A stretch of 63,072 nt of DNA, the filler included, from Olpidium bornovanus S191 (taxonomy: Eukaryota; Fungi; Olpidiomycota): NCBI GenBank assembly GCA_017911155.1. It is 29 parts of 29 records of this genome, joined end to end, with 100 filler letters (N's around TTAATTAATTAA, not from the genome) between each part and the next. Parts side by side here need not be neighbours in the genome. Positions count along the whole stretch, not along the records: positions 23,835 to 25,613 come from JAEFCI010008942.1; positions 25,714 to 28,472 come from JAEFCI010004517.1; positions 28,573 to 31,083 come from JAEFCI010007365.1; positions 31,184 to 32,801 come from JAEFCI010007748.1; positions 32,902 to 34,399 come from JAEFCI010011256.1; positions 34,500 to 35,911 come from JAEFCI010003064.1; 23 more parts are not named here. One strand, written 5' to 3'. The notes below the pieces were generated by a model. That model had not been told where the DNA came from, ran no database searches, and worked only from the letters and a program-made list of their open reading frames with translations. The position numbers were made by a program, and so were the translations under genes. Below, one piece after another: positions 23,957 to 35,000 of the stretch (positions are counted from its first letter, which is position 1; each line of letters opens with the position of its first letter).

Positions 23957-24980
23957 TCCTTCTCACCGTCCGCGCGGCTTCGTCGGCAGCCAGGGAAGAC
24001 CTCGCCGGGTCGTACTCGCCGTCCCCGGGGCGACGGGCGAGCACCCGCGAACTCCAGAACGGGTAAAACCTGTGCCCGACATCGTCATCCACCACGAGCA
24101 CCCGCGGCGTGCGGACAAACCCGCTCGCCGATTCGGCGCCGCCGCCGGTTTGCCGGAAGCCGCCTCCTCCGCCTCCTCCTCCTCCTCCGCCTCCTCCACC
24201 TCCCGGTTGCGCGCCGGGAGCAGACGCCTTCTCCGCGGGACGGACGCCGGCCAGGTCTCGGAGGAAGGCAAGTGTGACCTTGTGAGAAGCCTGGTACAAA
24301 CAAGACAACAAACAAAAGGTCGTCGCACAGGCAGACGGACGGACGAAGACGGACGGTAGTAAACAACGAGACGAAGAAGGGAGTGCGGTGGCGGGGTTGG
24401 GTCCAACTTTTTATTTCGGTGGGTGTGCATACCTCAAGAATGTGCACCCACGCTCCCGGCATGACGAGAAGCAGCCCTGTTATGAGATCAGTTTCGGACT
24501 GCAGCTGTTTGAAGAAGCGCTGGTAGTACGCTGGTGGGCAGTTGGTGACGTCGGGGCACCCACGGAAGGACCGGTCAGCAAAAAAGGCTGCCCGTCCGGC
24601 TCTTATTCCCCAAAGCCGGAATCACGGTCGTCCGCGGGGGGTGAGCGTGAGGCGGGGGAAAGGGGCTCCGAACCTGCGTGATCCTCGCGCTTGGCGTCCT
24701 CATTGACCTCGCCGCACACGACAACGCGGTACAAGATCGACGACTTCCCCTGCCGCTGCAACTTCTCCCGAAGGACATCAAGCAGCGACGTCCGCTTCTC
24801 GTCCTGCAGGGCGAGGATCGGCTGCTGCGCCGCCGCCGCCGCCGCCTCCGCCACCGTCGCCGCCGCCGGACGCGGCGGCGCCTGCGCCTGCTGTGTGCCC
24901 TGGGCCTGCTGCTGCTGCTGCTGGTGCTGGCCGACTTGACCGGACGCGGACGCCGGCGTGAGGTTCTGGCCGGCAAGCAT
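23957..24980 (-). CDS. TEX47: TEX47-like (BLUF-like fold) cilia-associated protein, 3'-partial
   Basis: Exons 24980-24674, 24530-24433 and 24290-~23957 give KRTSLLDVLREK..KSSILYRVVVCGEV..REDHAAYYQRFF..LITGLLLVMPGAWVHILE|ASHKVTLAFLRDL..RVLVVDDDVGHRFYPFW. This is colinear with vertebrate TEX47 as recalled (RKDVADYYEQMF..VTGLLLIYPTSILHILESS..KIVVISHNIPMRLFMQW). Confidence 0.78.
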
Positions 24981-25713
24981 TGCGAATGCGCTCCTTTCTC
25001 GGGAGGAGGGGAACGGCGGCTGCGGCTTCCGTCGGGGACGGGCCCCTCGTGTTCCCTCGGGGTCGGGTCGTCCGGGCGGAGAGGGCCCGAAGGTCTGCCT
25101 CGAGCGCGTTTTTGTGTGACCGCGACGCGCGCGCGCAGCACGCCGAACTCGGAGAAAAAAGAAACCCTCACAACGCCCGTCACGCGACCGGCCGAGAGCA
25201 GACGCGGCTCGACCCCTTCACACGCCTTCGCCCGTGCGCGAAAAAGCAGCGGTTTGCTTCGTTGAAGGGACGCCCTGGCTGTCAATATGACTACGCGAAA
25301 AGGAGTTACATTTCCATTTTTAAATGTTCCCAAATAAAACCCCCTTCTGTCAGGTGGTTCCTAAACCCCTAACCCCCGAAGGACTACCATCCCCACAACT
25401 AAAGAATCTCACCGTGCCTGTCCAGCCATGTACATCCGTAATTTTATCCCCCCCTCTTTCCACTCTTCCCTATCCACGAGAACTCTGCAGCGGCATCGGA
25501 ATTTCCCGCAGACAGTTGTCCTCGGATCGTCATTGAGCTAGACATTGGTCCTGGGAGCGCTATCGGCAAGCGTCTTCATCCCTCGCATACACTCGATGTT
25601 GCCCGAGAGTATCNNNNNNNNNNNNNNNNNNNNNNNNNNNNNNNNNNNNNNNNNNNNTTAATTAATTAANNNNNNNNNNNNNNNNNNNNNNNNNNNNNNN
25701 NNNNNNNNNNNNN

Positions 25714-26041
25714 ACGGAAGAAACAGCCTTGCAGCAAGAGCCCTCACTATCCCTTGGACTCTCCTTCAAACTCGACGTCGCGTCCAAGTAGGCCGACAGC
25801 GCTCCTGGAAATTGAGGGTTTCTCCAATGGCATGAAGCACATTGCAATTCGTCCCGCCTTCATCAAGGACAAGATCCACAAGAAAACTATTGCTCTGCAA
25901 CGTACTCCTTCCTCGGATACATTAGCCGACTTCTTCACAAAACCGCTCCCCTTTCCTCCCTTTTCTCACCTCTGCACACAGCTTGGACTCGTCGATATTT
26001 CCTAAGCAATTTCACTAGGTTTCTCTGATTGAGGGGGAGTG
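25714..26041 (+). mobile_element. Ty1/copia RNase H C-terminus, polypurine tract and start of 3' LTR
   Basis: MKHIAIRPAFIKDKI...LADFFTKPL..FSHLCTQLGL*, then GAGGGGGAG (26031-26039) directly followed by TG. Confidence 0.88.
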
Positions 26042-26929
26042 TTAGATAGCAATCATCGAGTATTGCATCCGCTCAACGTACAACCCCCCTCCCCTTTTCT
26101 CCTCCCGCGACGAATACGCATAACCTGTCCAAACCAAGAATAAGAAAAAAAAGACGCCGGCCCCTCCACAACACCACCTTCCGCCACCCCGCCGCTGTCC
26201 TTCCTTCCAGCGGCCGCAAAAAACAAAACAAAAAAAAAAAAAAAAAAAAAAGGGCTGCGGCCGCGGGGGATGCCAGCAATGAAGTTTTCCTCCCTTTATT
26301 TCCCCCTTTTTACTTCTAACAGAAGGAAGGACGGGAGCGTTTGTGTGACGCATGGTGGCTGTCCTTTTTTTTGCCGCGCTGGAGAGGAAAAGTAGGCCCC
26401 TTGGGAACTGACCAATTAAAACGCAAACGCCCACAATTCCCCCTTCCCCTTTGAAAGAAAGGGGGCACTCACTAGACCTGCACATGTAGCGGACGCCCTC
26501 CATCGATACCTCCTTTAGACTTCTCCCTATCTATACCCTGCGGGTCCCCATAGTATTATTAATACCGCGCGGGTCCTCATCTGTAACAGCGCAGTTTTGT
26601 TATTTATTGCTCGGAGAACGGAAGATGGGGGGTGGGGACCCCGGGGACAGAGCAGGGGATGGACGCCTTATGTAAAGAGGGTTGGCGGGACAAGCGTAAC
26701 CCCCCCCCCCCTAGTCAGCTGACCCGAGGTCAAAAGGACTCTAGAAAAATATTGCATCTAGCAGAGGGTTTGTTTGAATTTGGTCACGGCTATTGAGGAG
26801 TTTTCTAAGTTTTGGTCGGGTTCCCAGAATTCTCCGAAGAGTCAAAACCTCTTGCCACTTCACCAAGTACTGTAATCCTGACGCAAGAGGCGCGCGTCCA
26901 GATTTAGTTCGACTTCCCACTCCGCTCGA

Positions 26930-27179
26930 CGCCCCGGTTCAGGCGGTGGATCAACTGCGCCTTGGTTGTTGCAACTCGGTTTCCACGTCTGCTGCCGCCC
27001 CTACCCTAACCATTAAACTCACCAAGCTCACACCTGCCATCCGCCAATGGTGTATGGAGACCGGAGCCTGTTTGTACTGCCGCAAACCTGGCCACTCAGC
27101 GAATGCCTGCCCGACCAGCCCGGCCCGCCCGACGCTCGCTGTCATCGACACCAGCCCCGACCTTAAAGAAACTAGTTGA
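26930..27179 (+). mobile_element. Ty3/gypsy-type gag C-terminal remnant with CCHC zinc knuckle
   Basis: KLTPAIRQWCMETGACLYCRKPGHSANACP (C-x2-C-x4-H-x4-C); no pol follows. Confidence 0.7.
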
Positions 27180-27719
27180 CTAGCACGCTGCCGGGAGGCC
27201 CGGACCGCCCCCTTGTCCCAAGGTCACCCTGGCTTCGCCCGCCGCGTCCTCACTTCTGCGCTTCAACGCCACTGCTGCACAACAAGCACAAGGCGTGTAC
27301 GCCAAATAGGGAGCCCCCCTGAAAATAGACCAATGATAATCGGAATAACGGTAACGGTCATCTTGCTGAGCGCGGGCGGGCCGGGGGCCGGAGACCGCAG
27401 GTGTCGATTTTCCTTTCCAAGCCATGAACATGCTCTATGCGCTCCCGAGGAGTAAGTATGCTCCAAAGCACGCAACAACGAGAAGGTAAGTGCTTTGGAG
27501 AACGAACTCTCTGAAATAAGGAGCCTCCTTCGCAAAGTCATGCTGCAGAAGAACAAGCGCGATGACAAGAATGAGCGTATGTGTGTCTTGTTTACGGCAC
27601 TCTCGGCTCAACTCTCGCCCTCTGCGTGCCCGTCTCCGCTGGCTCTCCTGCCCTGATTGCCCCGCGCTTCCTCGCCACTACGGGTGACGCTCCTCCGGCT
27701 TCGCTGCCGTTCTCGGCGC

Positions 27720-27860
27720 GTTTCCCTGCAGCTGCGGTGGCGCTCCTCCGGCTCCGCCGCGCGCTCCGGCTGCTCTCCCGCGCGCTCCGGCTGCTCTCCC
27801 GCGCGCTTTCCTCCAGCTGCGGTGGCGCTCCTCCGGCTCCGGCGCGCGCTCCGGGTATGG
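27720..27860. repeat. Nested direct repeats
   Basis: CAGCTGCGGTGGCGCTCCTCCGGCTCCG occurs twice (~27728 and ~27814), bracketing 21-nt tandem units CGCGCGCTCCGGCTGCTCTCC. Confidence 0.85.
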
Positions 27861-28769
27861 GACAAGGCAGTCCGTTGATCTTCACGGACAGGGTTCCGTC
27901 GAGCTTATAACCTGTTATTTCGGTTCGCCCTTTGTCTATTTGTGTTATACGGTTGACTTTGGGTGTACGCGGAACAAGATCGCGGGAGGGATATAAAGCT
28001 ACTCTGCGGGGTCACGTGATCAGCGTCACAATAAATTGCCATCACTCCGGCTCGGAGACGCCGATACGGCGGCGCAGTTTGAGCTAACGGTTCACGAAGA
28101 TTACGACGAACAGGTGTGCGAGCTCACCACTGGGAAAACCTGGGCGGAGACCAAGACTGGCCTGCGTGAAGCCTTTCGATGCTTTGATGGCACAAGAATG
28201 ACCGACTTGACTCGTGCGTCTGGTGTCATCGTTCTTAAGTTTCAAAGGATTCAGCAGGAGCAGACTGCTTGTTTTGTGTTTCAGCCATGGAGTACTTTCG
28301 CGGCTGGTGGATCCATAATGTAACCGCTGATGCCAATGCCTTGCTCGCCGCTGCATGACGTGCTGTTGCACCTACGCCACATTATTAGTCATTGAAATTA
28401 ACGGGTGTTTACATCAGGACCGGTTGTTTTGTCGATCATTTACTTCACACCGTATGTAATTTGCAATGAAGGNNNNNNNNNNNNNNNNNNNNNNNNNNNN
28501 NNNNNNNNNNNNNNNNTTAATTAATTAANNNNNNNNNNNNNNNNNNNNNNNNNNNNNNNNNNNNNNNNNNNNAACTGCACGTACCCGTTGATTCCGACCT
28601 TGACAACCATGATTTTGTTTTTTTTTGCAAAAGAAAAGGCGGGCGGTGTTTTTTTGTTTATCGTCTATCCAGTGGCGGGGAGACCAGGGGCTGGGGGGAA
28701 AGGGGGGGCGGGGGGGGGGGGGGGGGGGGGCTTTTTTCCGCCCCCCCCCCCCCCCCCCCCCTTTTTCCC

Positions 28770-28802
<33 letters not shown>

Positions 28803-28803
28803 C

Positions 28804-29280
28804 TTCTCTCTAAGATGGATTCTGGTTTTGATCCGGACTTCTCTCCAAGATGGATTCTGGTTCTGCGCACGGGCTCTCTCACGCTTGCTTTCTCGCCCCC
28901 GCCCCCCAAACAGCCGTCGGCCCTCCGCCCCTTCTTCCCTCCGCAACCGGCCCCTTCGCTTCCGTTCGCTACGCGTTTCCGCCTCCTCCGTTCGTTCGCT
29001 TACGCGCTTCCTCCTCCGTTCGTTTCGCTCCTCCGCTGTCCTTCGCTACGCGTCACCGCCTCCGTTTGCTCGCTACGCGCTTCCGCCTTCGTACGTTCGT
29101 TACCGCTTCCGTTTGTTTCGTACCTCCGCCTCTCTTTGCCTGGCGCCTCGGCTTCTGTTCACTTTGCGCCGCCGCCCCCGTTCTTTGCGCACCACTGCCT
29201 CTGTTCGTTTCGCTCGGCCTCTGTTCGTTTTGCGCCTCGGCCTCTGTTCGTTTTTTTTTTGCCTCCGCCTCTGCCAGTTA
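28804..29280. repeat. 35-nt duplication plus degenerate CTCCGTTCGTTTCG-type pyrimidine-rich array
   Basis: TTCTCT(C/T)(T/C)AAGATGGATTCTGGTT occurs twice at ~28804 and ~28839; many degenerate CCTC(C/T)GTTCGTTT units at 28960-29280. Confidence 0.7.
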
Positions 29281-29418
29281 GGGCCTTCCACCAGGTATTC
29301 TCCAGGACCCGGACCACGCTCCGGACACGGACAGGATGGCAAGCTAAAGCACCTTTCTTCTTTACCTTTCTTTTGGCCGGGGACCGTGGGGTAGGTAGAT
29401 GTGGTCGGGCGAGGTCGG

Positions 29419-29636
29419 ATGCATGGTAACAACGTACATGCAGGCCGGAGGGGGCATGGTAACATGGTACATGCTGCCTGGAATAACAAGTGGGAGCATG
29501 GTAACATAGTTTATGCAGACCGGAAATAAGCGGGAGCGTGGTAACATAGTTCACGCAGACCGAAAAAAGCGGGAGCATGGTAACAAGGAACATGCTGCCC
29601 GGCGGGAGCATGGTAACATAGTTTATTCAGACCGGT
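29419..29636 (+). repeat. Six-copy minisatellite with core GCATGGTAACA
   Basis: Cores start at 29421, 29454, 29496, 29536, 29575 and 29608 (periods 33, 42, 40, 39, 33). The intervening sequences resemble each other. Confidence 0.9.
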
Positions 29637-31400
29637 TCCAGCTTGGGCGGGCGTACCCAGGAAGGCGGGGTTGTGCGTTGCAGGCCATGTTTTTTGGTCG
29701 TTCCGCCCACACTGACACCACTTCCCGCGCTCACCAAGTTTCCTTCGAGGCCTCCCTCAAAATTTTCCAAAGGGAAGTGGGCACGCGTTGACCGAGACGA
29801 TTTTTTTTTTTCTTCTCTGGGGTTTTTGCTTTATTTTTACAACACTTACGCTCACCGGTCCCGTAGGAGGCGGTGTCCAGCCCACGCGCAATGCGTTGAT
29901 GCAGCGCAGGGTACCGAGGAGAGGGTCGGCGGCCTCGGCGTATATGGACGGTGTGGCAAGCCTCGGCAAGATCAAGGTTCGAGGCGGGTGTCCAGCTTTC
30001 GCGTTTGCTTCGCGCAAGCGCAGGGTGCCGAGGAGGATTGCGGGCGGCCTCGGCGTATAGGCGTTAGGTTGCTTCCAAAACTCCGTCGTTCCAAGACTCC
30101 GAGTCGGCTCATCCGGGGGGGAAATAAAAACAAGTTCATTGTTTTTTCTGAACGTTTATTGCGGCACTTGTTTCCGTAACTTTCTTTGTTTTTGGTTTGC
30201 CGACAATACTGACGCCTTCTGCTCGTGCTTCAAACAGACTGGCATTCGTTGGGAGTTTAGTAATTTTTTATATTTCTATTCAAAATTTTTCATTTTAACG
30301 CCATCCTTCTTTTCCCGAAAAGGTACTTGTTTTTTGTACCTAAAATTACTTGCCAATGCAGACTGCACATTCATCCGCCCGACGTTTGTAGGAAGCATTT
30401 GTCGCACAAAGAAAAAGTGTCCCCACATTTGTTTTCCATCTGTGCGCAATCCTTTAAGCAGACTAGACATTGCAATCATGCGTCTCCTGGCGTCGGTTTC
30501 CTATTACTCGGCGGTTGAGGAAGGCGTCCGTACCCCGGCCCTTCGGAGGGGGAAGGGGGGAGAGGGAGGCGGGCCGTGCAGGGTGCCCCGCCCCTCGTTC
30601 GACGATGGCTAGCAACAGATTAACCATTTGCTAGCCTGCCGTTGCTGAAGTACATGTGATTCAGTACAGCACCAATGTGCCATTGGCGCACAAAGCTAAG
30701 TGCCAATGCAAAAATAGCTTAGGCACCAATGCATCATTTCCGCCTGATGTTACATCTCTTCCTAATTCTTTACGGTGCAGTGCATTGCAGCGCCAACGCA
30801 TTGTTGGCATGCGCGGCTCAGTGCCAATCCACATACGGTTAAGGGACAATGTAGTGTTGGGACCTAACGGTAAATCTCGCCCCCGATTTCCCTACACTCG
30901 TCCCAATCACAATTACTCCCCCCCGTCTCGCCCCCAACCCCTTAATCCCCAGGGAAGACCTCTCATGTATCATTTTCTTGGAAATTTGGGACAATTGTTT
31001 TTTTTTTTCCGGGGACAAAAAAATTTTAACCAGGGACAACATCATCAGAAATTTCTGGACATAACCACTAGTTTACTTCCAGGNNNNNNNNNNNNNNNNN
31101 NNNNNNNNNNNNNNNNNNNNNNNNNNNTTAATTAATTAANNNNNNNNNNNNNNNNNNNNNNNNNNNNNNNNNNNNNNNNNNNNACGGAATCCCCCCCCCC
31201 CCCGGCAACCACCGTCCGCCCGGACGAACCCGGGCCGTTTTGTGCGCGCCGCGCTGATTTTGGAAAGCCCGCGGGCGCTGAGGTTGGTGGAAGGAAACGA
31301 GTTTGTCCGCCGGTTTTTGTATGTAACAAGTGCGCGGATCAAAAGTGACCGGGGGATGGGGGATGTGCGAAAAAAAAAGAGGGGGGGGGGGGTAACCCTA

Positions 31401-32801
31401 CTACCTACGTGTCCTCGTCTTCGTCGTGGCACCGAGACTTTTTTTTCCGTTTCCGCATTGATAAGCGGCGGCAGGCGGGGGAGGGGAAGGAAGGGGGCGG
31501 CGATTCAGTTTCGGAAGACGCCGAGGAGCCCTTTCACCCGAACGCCCCAAATACCGCCAAAACCCCCTTGGGCTCTCAGAGGCGGCGCCGAAGCGCCAGG
31601 CGGTTCCTCTCAGGTTTGCACCGGCGGCGAGAACGGGAGCGGGCGCAAAGCTAACCTGAAGTAATGATTCTCGTCGTCCGAAGAGCTGTCGCGATTGCTC
31701 CGGCAGATGCTGTTGGCCGTCCGATACAGAGGAGCGGCGGCGGCGGCGGCGGCGGACGCAGTCGCCCTTTTCTGGCCCCTGGGTGGCTTGCCTCTACCGG
31801 TCTCCCGGTGACGCGACTCCTCCTCCGGTTCCTCCCGGCCGTCGTCATCCGCCTCCTCCCACTGAACCCGAACGGGTTTGTTCGGCGGCCGGTGCTCTGT
31901 GAACCACGCGTCGTCGCCGGCTTCGCCGGACACGTGCACGCGGCACGTTGCGTACCGGGGGAGTCTCTGCACCGCCTCGCCGCCGTCTTCGGATGGAGGG
32001 TCGTACCCCGGGTAGGCCGCCTGGACGCCCGGGTGGAAAAGCGGGACGGTTCTGTTGAGTGGGCGCAGAAGGGCACGGCTGCGGCCGCGGGATAATCCAT
32101 CCGCCGCCCGTTTGGCAATCTGGCGAAAATCTCAAAAACGCGCGCCGCGTGTATTCCGTTCCAACCTTTCGAAACACCTTGAAATTAACCACGCCAGACC
32201 GCCGCCGAGCAGAGTCCGCGTGGGGCGCCGCAGTTGCGATTACGCGCTTCACCAGGGGGACGATCTCGACAGTGACGAGATGCTCGTCCGGTTGAGGCAA
32301 CCGGCTGCCGTCGTGGCCCGAGTCCGAGTCCGAGTCCGCCGCGTCGGCAACGCCGCGGGGTCTGAACGGCAAAAAGTCCCACTCTTGCTTCCTTTTGCGC
32401 TCTCGGAGAGTTCGCACCCGTGACGCAACATCGATCTCGGCAACCGGCGCGTCTCGGCGCCGCGGCCTCTTTCGCGTTTCGCCAGTCGCACCGCGCGAAG
32501 CCGTCGCCGCGGCGTTGGAGCCCGCTGTGAACTCGGATCGCCGCTCCTCGTCGACGACGGCGGCGGCCTCGGGTCTGCGCTTCCTCGCAAGCGGCCGCTC
32601 TTCGGGCTCTTCGTCGATTTTACCCTCGGATGGCGCATCGCCCCCCGGACCTGCCGGGAAATTCTCCGCCGAGAGCGGCGATTCCTGAAACGCAGAAAAA
32701 TCGGGGACAAGAAGATCTGCTCAGTAAGGCAAAATTTAGAACAAGTGCAGCGCCAATGCCGGTCGGAGGCGCGCGGGCCTAAGATCACCTCCGGCGCCAT
32801 G
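31401..32801 (-). CDS. NBS1: Nibrin/Nbs1 (MRN complex) C-terminal region, 5'-partial
   Basis: VVNFKVFRK (32166-32186) resembles the Mre11-binding NFKxFxK motif. The terminus DSSSDDENHYF..TKTRTRR* has the acidic-aromatic-basic pattern of the ATM/Tel1-binding tail. Confidence 0.6.
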
Positions 32802-32901
32802 NNNNNNNNNNNNNNNNNNNNNNNNNNNNNNNNNNNNNNNNNNNNTTAATTAATTAANNNNNNNNNNNNNNNNNNNNNNNNNNNNNNNNNNNNNNNNNNN
32901 N

Positions 32902-33496
32902 CATGGGAGCGTTCCGGCGGTTCTGCGAAAAGGAGTTCTCCGTCGAGAACGTGCTGTTCTGGGAGGACGTGAGACTTTACCAGGAGAAGGCCCTGGCGCT
33001 GCTCGGCGAGGCCGGCGAGACGGCGACCGACAGGGTGGCCGTGTACCAGGCGGCGCTGAAGATATACCTCAAGTACATCGCCCCCAACGCGATGCTCCAG
33101 CTGAACGCGCCGCAGTCCTGCATGGCGCCCGTGCGGCAAAAATTTGCGGACGCGAGGAAACTACAACAGCCGCTGGCGGACCCCAAGATCTTCGACGAAA
33201 TCTGCTCGCACATTTACCGCTTGATGCATCTGGACTCGTGAGTGTGGTGCTGGCGGCGGCGGAGTAGTTTGTCGCCGGGCGTCGCAGCCCGCCCATCACT
33301 CTTCCCTTCCCCCCCATCACGCGGTGCCGCAATTTCTTTTTTATTTTTTTTTTATTTTTTTCTTTTGACGAAGCCCGTCGGCAAATTTTTCCCGCGCGGC
33401 AGTTTTCCTCGGTTTCTAGACAGCGACGAGGCCTGCAGCACTTTCTCTCAGAGTCAGGCGCCGATCGAAGAGCTCGCCGGCTTCACGCGGTTGTGA
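32902..33496 (+). CDS. RGS-domain protein, C-terminus
   Basis: FRRFCEKEFSVENVLFWEDV..Y..IYLKYIAPNAMLQLN..IFDE..IYRLMHLDS|FPRFLDSD; intron 33238-33402; stop at 33496. Confidence 0.92.
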
Positions 33497-34499
33497 TCTT
33501 ATCTTCCCCTAACCTTTCCCCCGCCCTCTCGCCCACCTTCCCGTATCCCGCTTTTGTCTGCTCGTCCACGAAACAAAATAAAAAAATGCACCACCGAAAG
33601 GTCATCGTTAGGTAGGATGTGAAGTCTTCCCGAGCCAAAATAAAGGGGACGTTGAAAGTTTGGCAAGAATTGAACCAGCGAAAGACTCCGAGACTCGTTT
33701 TTCTCCTTCCACTTTTTTTGTCGTTTGCCGACGACCCTTCCGAAACTATCTCCAAACGTTCCCGAACGTCCCTCGCGACGTCCCCCACCCGCGCGGTTCC
33801 GTCTGTCGCACATCGCGAGTGCACCACCAACCCACCGACATCGCCAACGTCAAACTAAAACCAACGAGGGGCAATCCGGCCAAAGCAACGTCGGACTTTG
33901 GCGTCGGTCTCATTTCGGAAGGCCGCCTGCTGCACGATGCTTTTAAATACCGGGGAGAAGTGGCGGGGGGGTGGGGGGGGGGGGGGGGGGGGGGGGGGAA
34001 GCGGGGAAGGGGGGGAGCCTCCGCGTTTTGCAATCGGTGTCGTCGCTGGTATTTATAATTTCGGTTCCGCTTGCGGACGCGGGAGGCGACGACTATCCGA
34101 GGCGCGGCAAACCTGAGCTCAAAAGAGGAGCTCCGCCATATCACAACAGTGCACGGGGAAATGCTTATTGAATTCTGCTTCATGGGTAGATGATTACTGC
34201 AGATGCAAACAAATACTTCTTCCAAGAGGGGTGGGGGTAGGGGATAACGTCTTATAACAAGTCCGCCAGCAAGATTCCCGTTGGACCTTCCGTTTGTCCC
34301 TCCGACCCCGTTATTTCTGTGTGGGCGGTGCCATTCGGACCAGGACTGAAAATTCGCGACCGAAATCCTAACACGCGGAAAGACCGACGATTTCAAACCN
34401 NNNNNNNNNNNNNNNNNNNNNNNNNNNNNNNNNNNNNNNNNNNTTAATTAATTAANNNNNNNNNNNNNNNNNNNNNNNNNNNNNNNNNNNNNNNNNNNN

Positions 34500-35000
34500 C
34501 ATGCTCCGTCTTCCTGGCAAGCTGAGACCCCAGCCGCAGGCGCCGGTCGACGGCCGTGTCATCGGCCTCCTTGCGTTTCGATGAAACGACTAAATGTTCA
34601 CGGTCTCGCCCGCGGTTACGCTCGCAGGTGCCTGGTGTTGGCCTCGTCCAGGTCTCGTTGATCCGGCTCATCTGCTCTTCAATGGTCGCCCGGGAAGCTA
34701 TTTCCGCAGCATCTCGTACGCCTCGCGGAGCCGCCCGGTCTCGGACGCGGGCCCCGTCTTCTTCAGGACGACCCCGCACGCGCGCGGATCGCGCTTCCTT
34801 GGAATTCCTTTCGGAGCGTCGAGAACTGGTCCTCGCGATCACGCAGCTCGGCGAGCAGCCTCGCGCGATCAGTCTTCCACTAGTGGCGAGCGGTCCTTGA
34901 CGCCGCCGAGCGCGGCGTTCGGCTCTTTGACGGCGGTCTCCTTTTCCGCCAACCTGTCTTTGGTGAGTTCCGCATCGGCGAGCGCTGGTTTACCCGCGTA
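34500..35000 (-). pseudogene. Degenerate coiled-coil coding-like sequence
   Basis: Heptad-like pieces (AELTKDRLAEKETAVKE, RLLAELRDREDQFSTLRKEF, LREAYEMLRK*, IEEQMSRINET) fall in different frames, separated by stops or shifts. Confidence 0.3.

Noticed and set aside
23957-24980. Functional BLUF photoreceptor
   Set aside because: The best match is the TEX47-like family, and the BLUF Tyr/Gln/Met set is not evident.
29419-29636. CRISPR-like array (conserved core with 33-42 nt period)
   Set aside because: The core is only about 11-16 nt, the 'spacers' resemble each other, there are no cas genes and the context is eukaryotic. It is a minisatellite.
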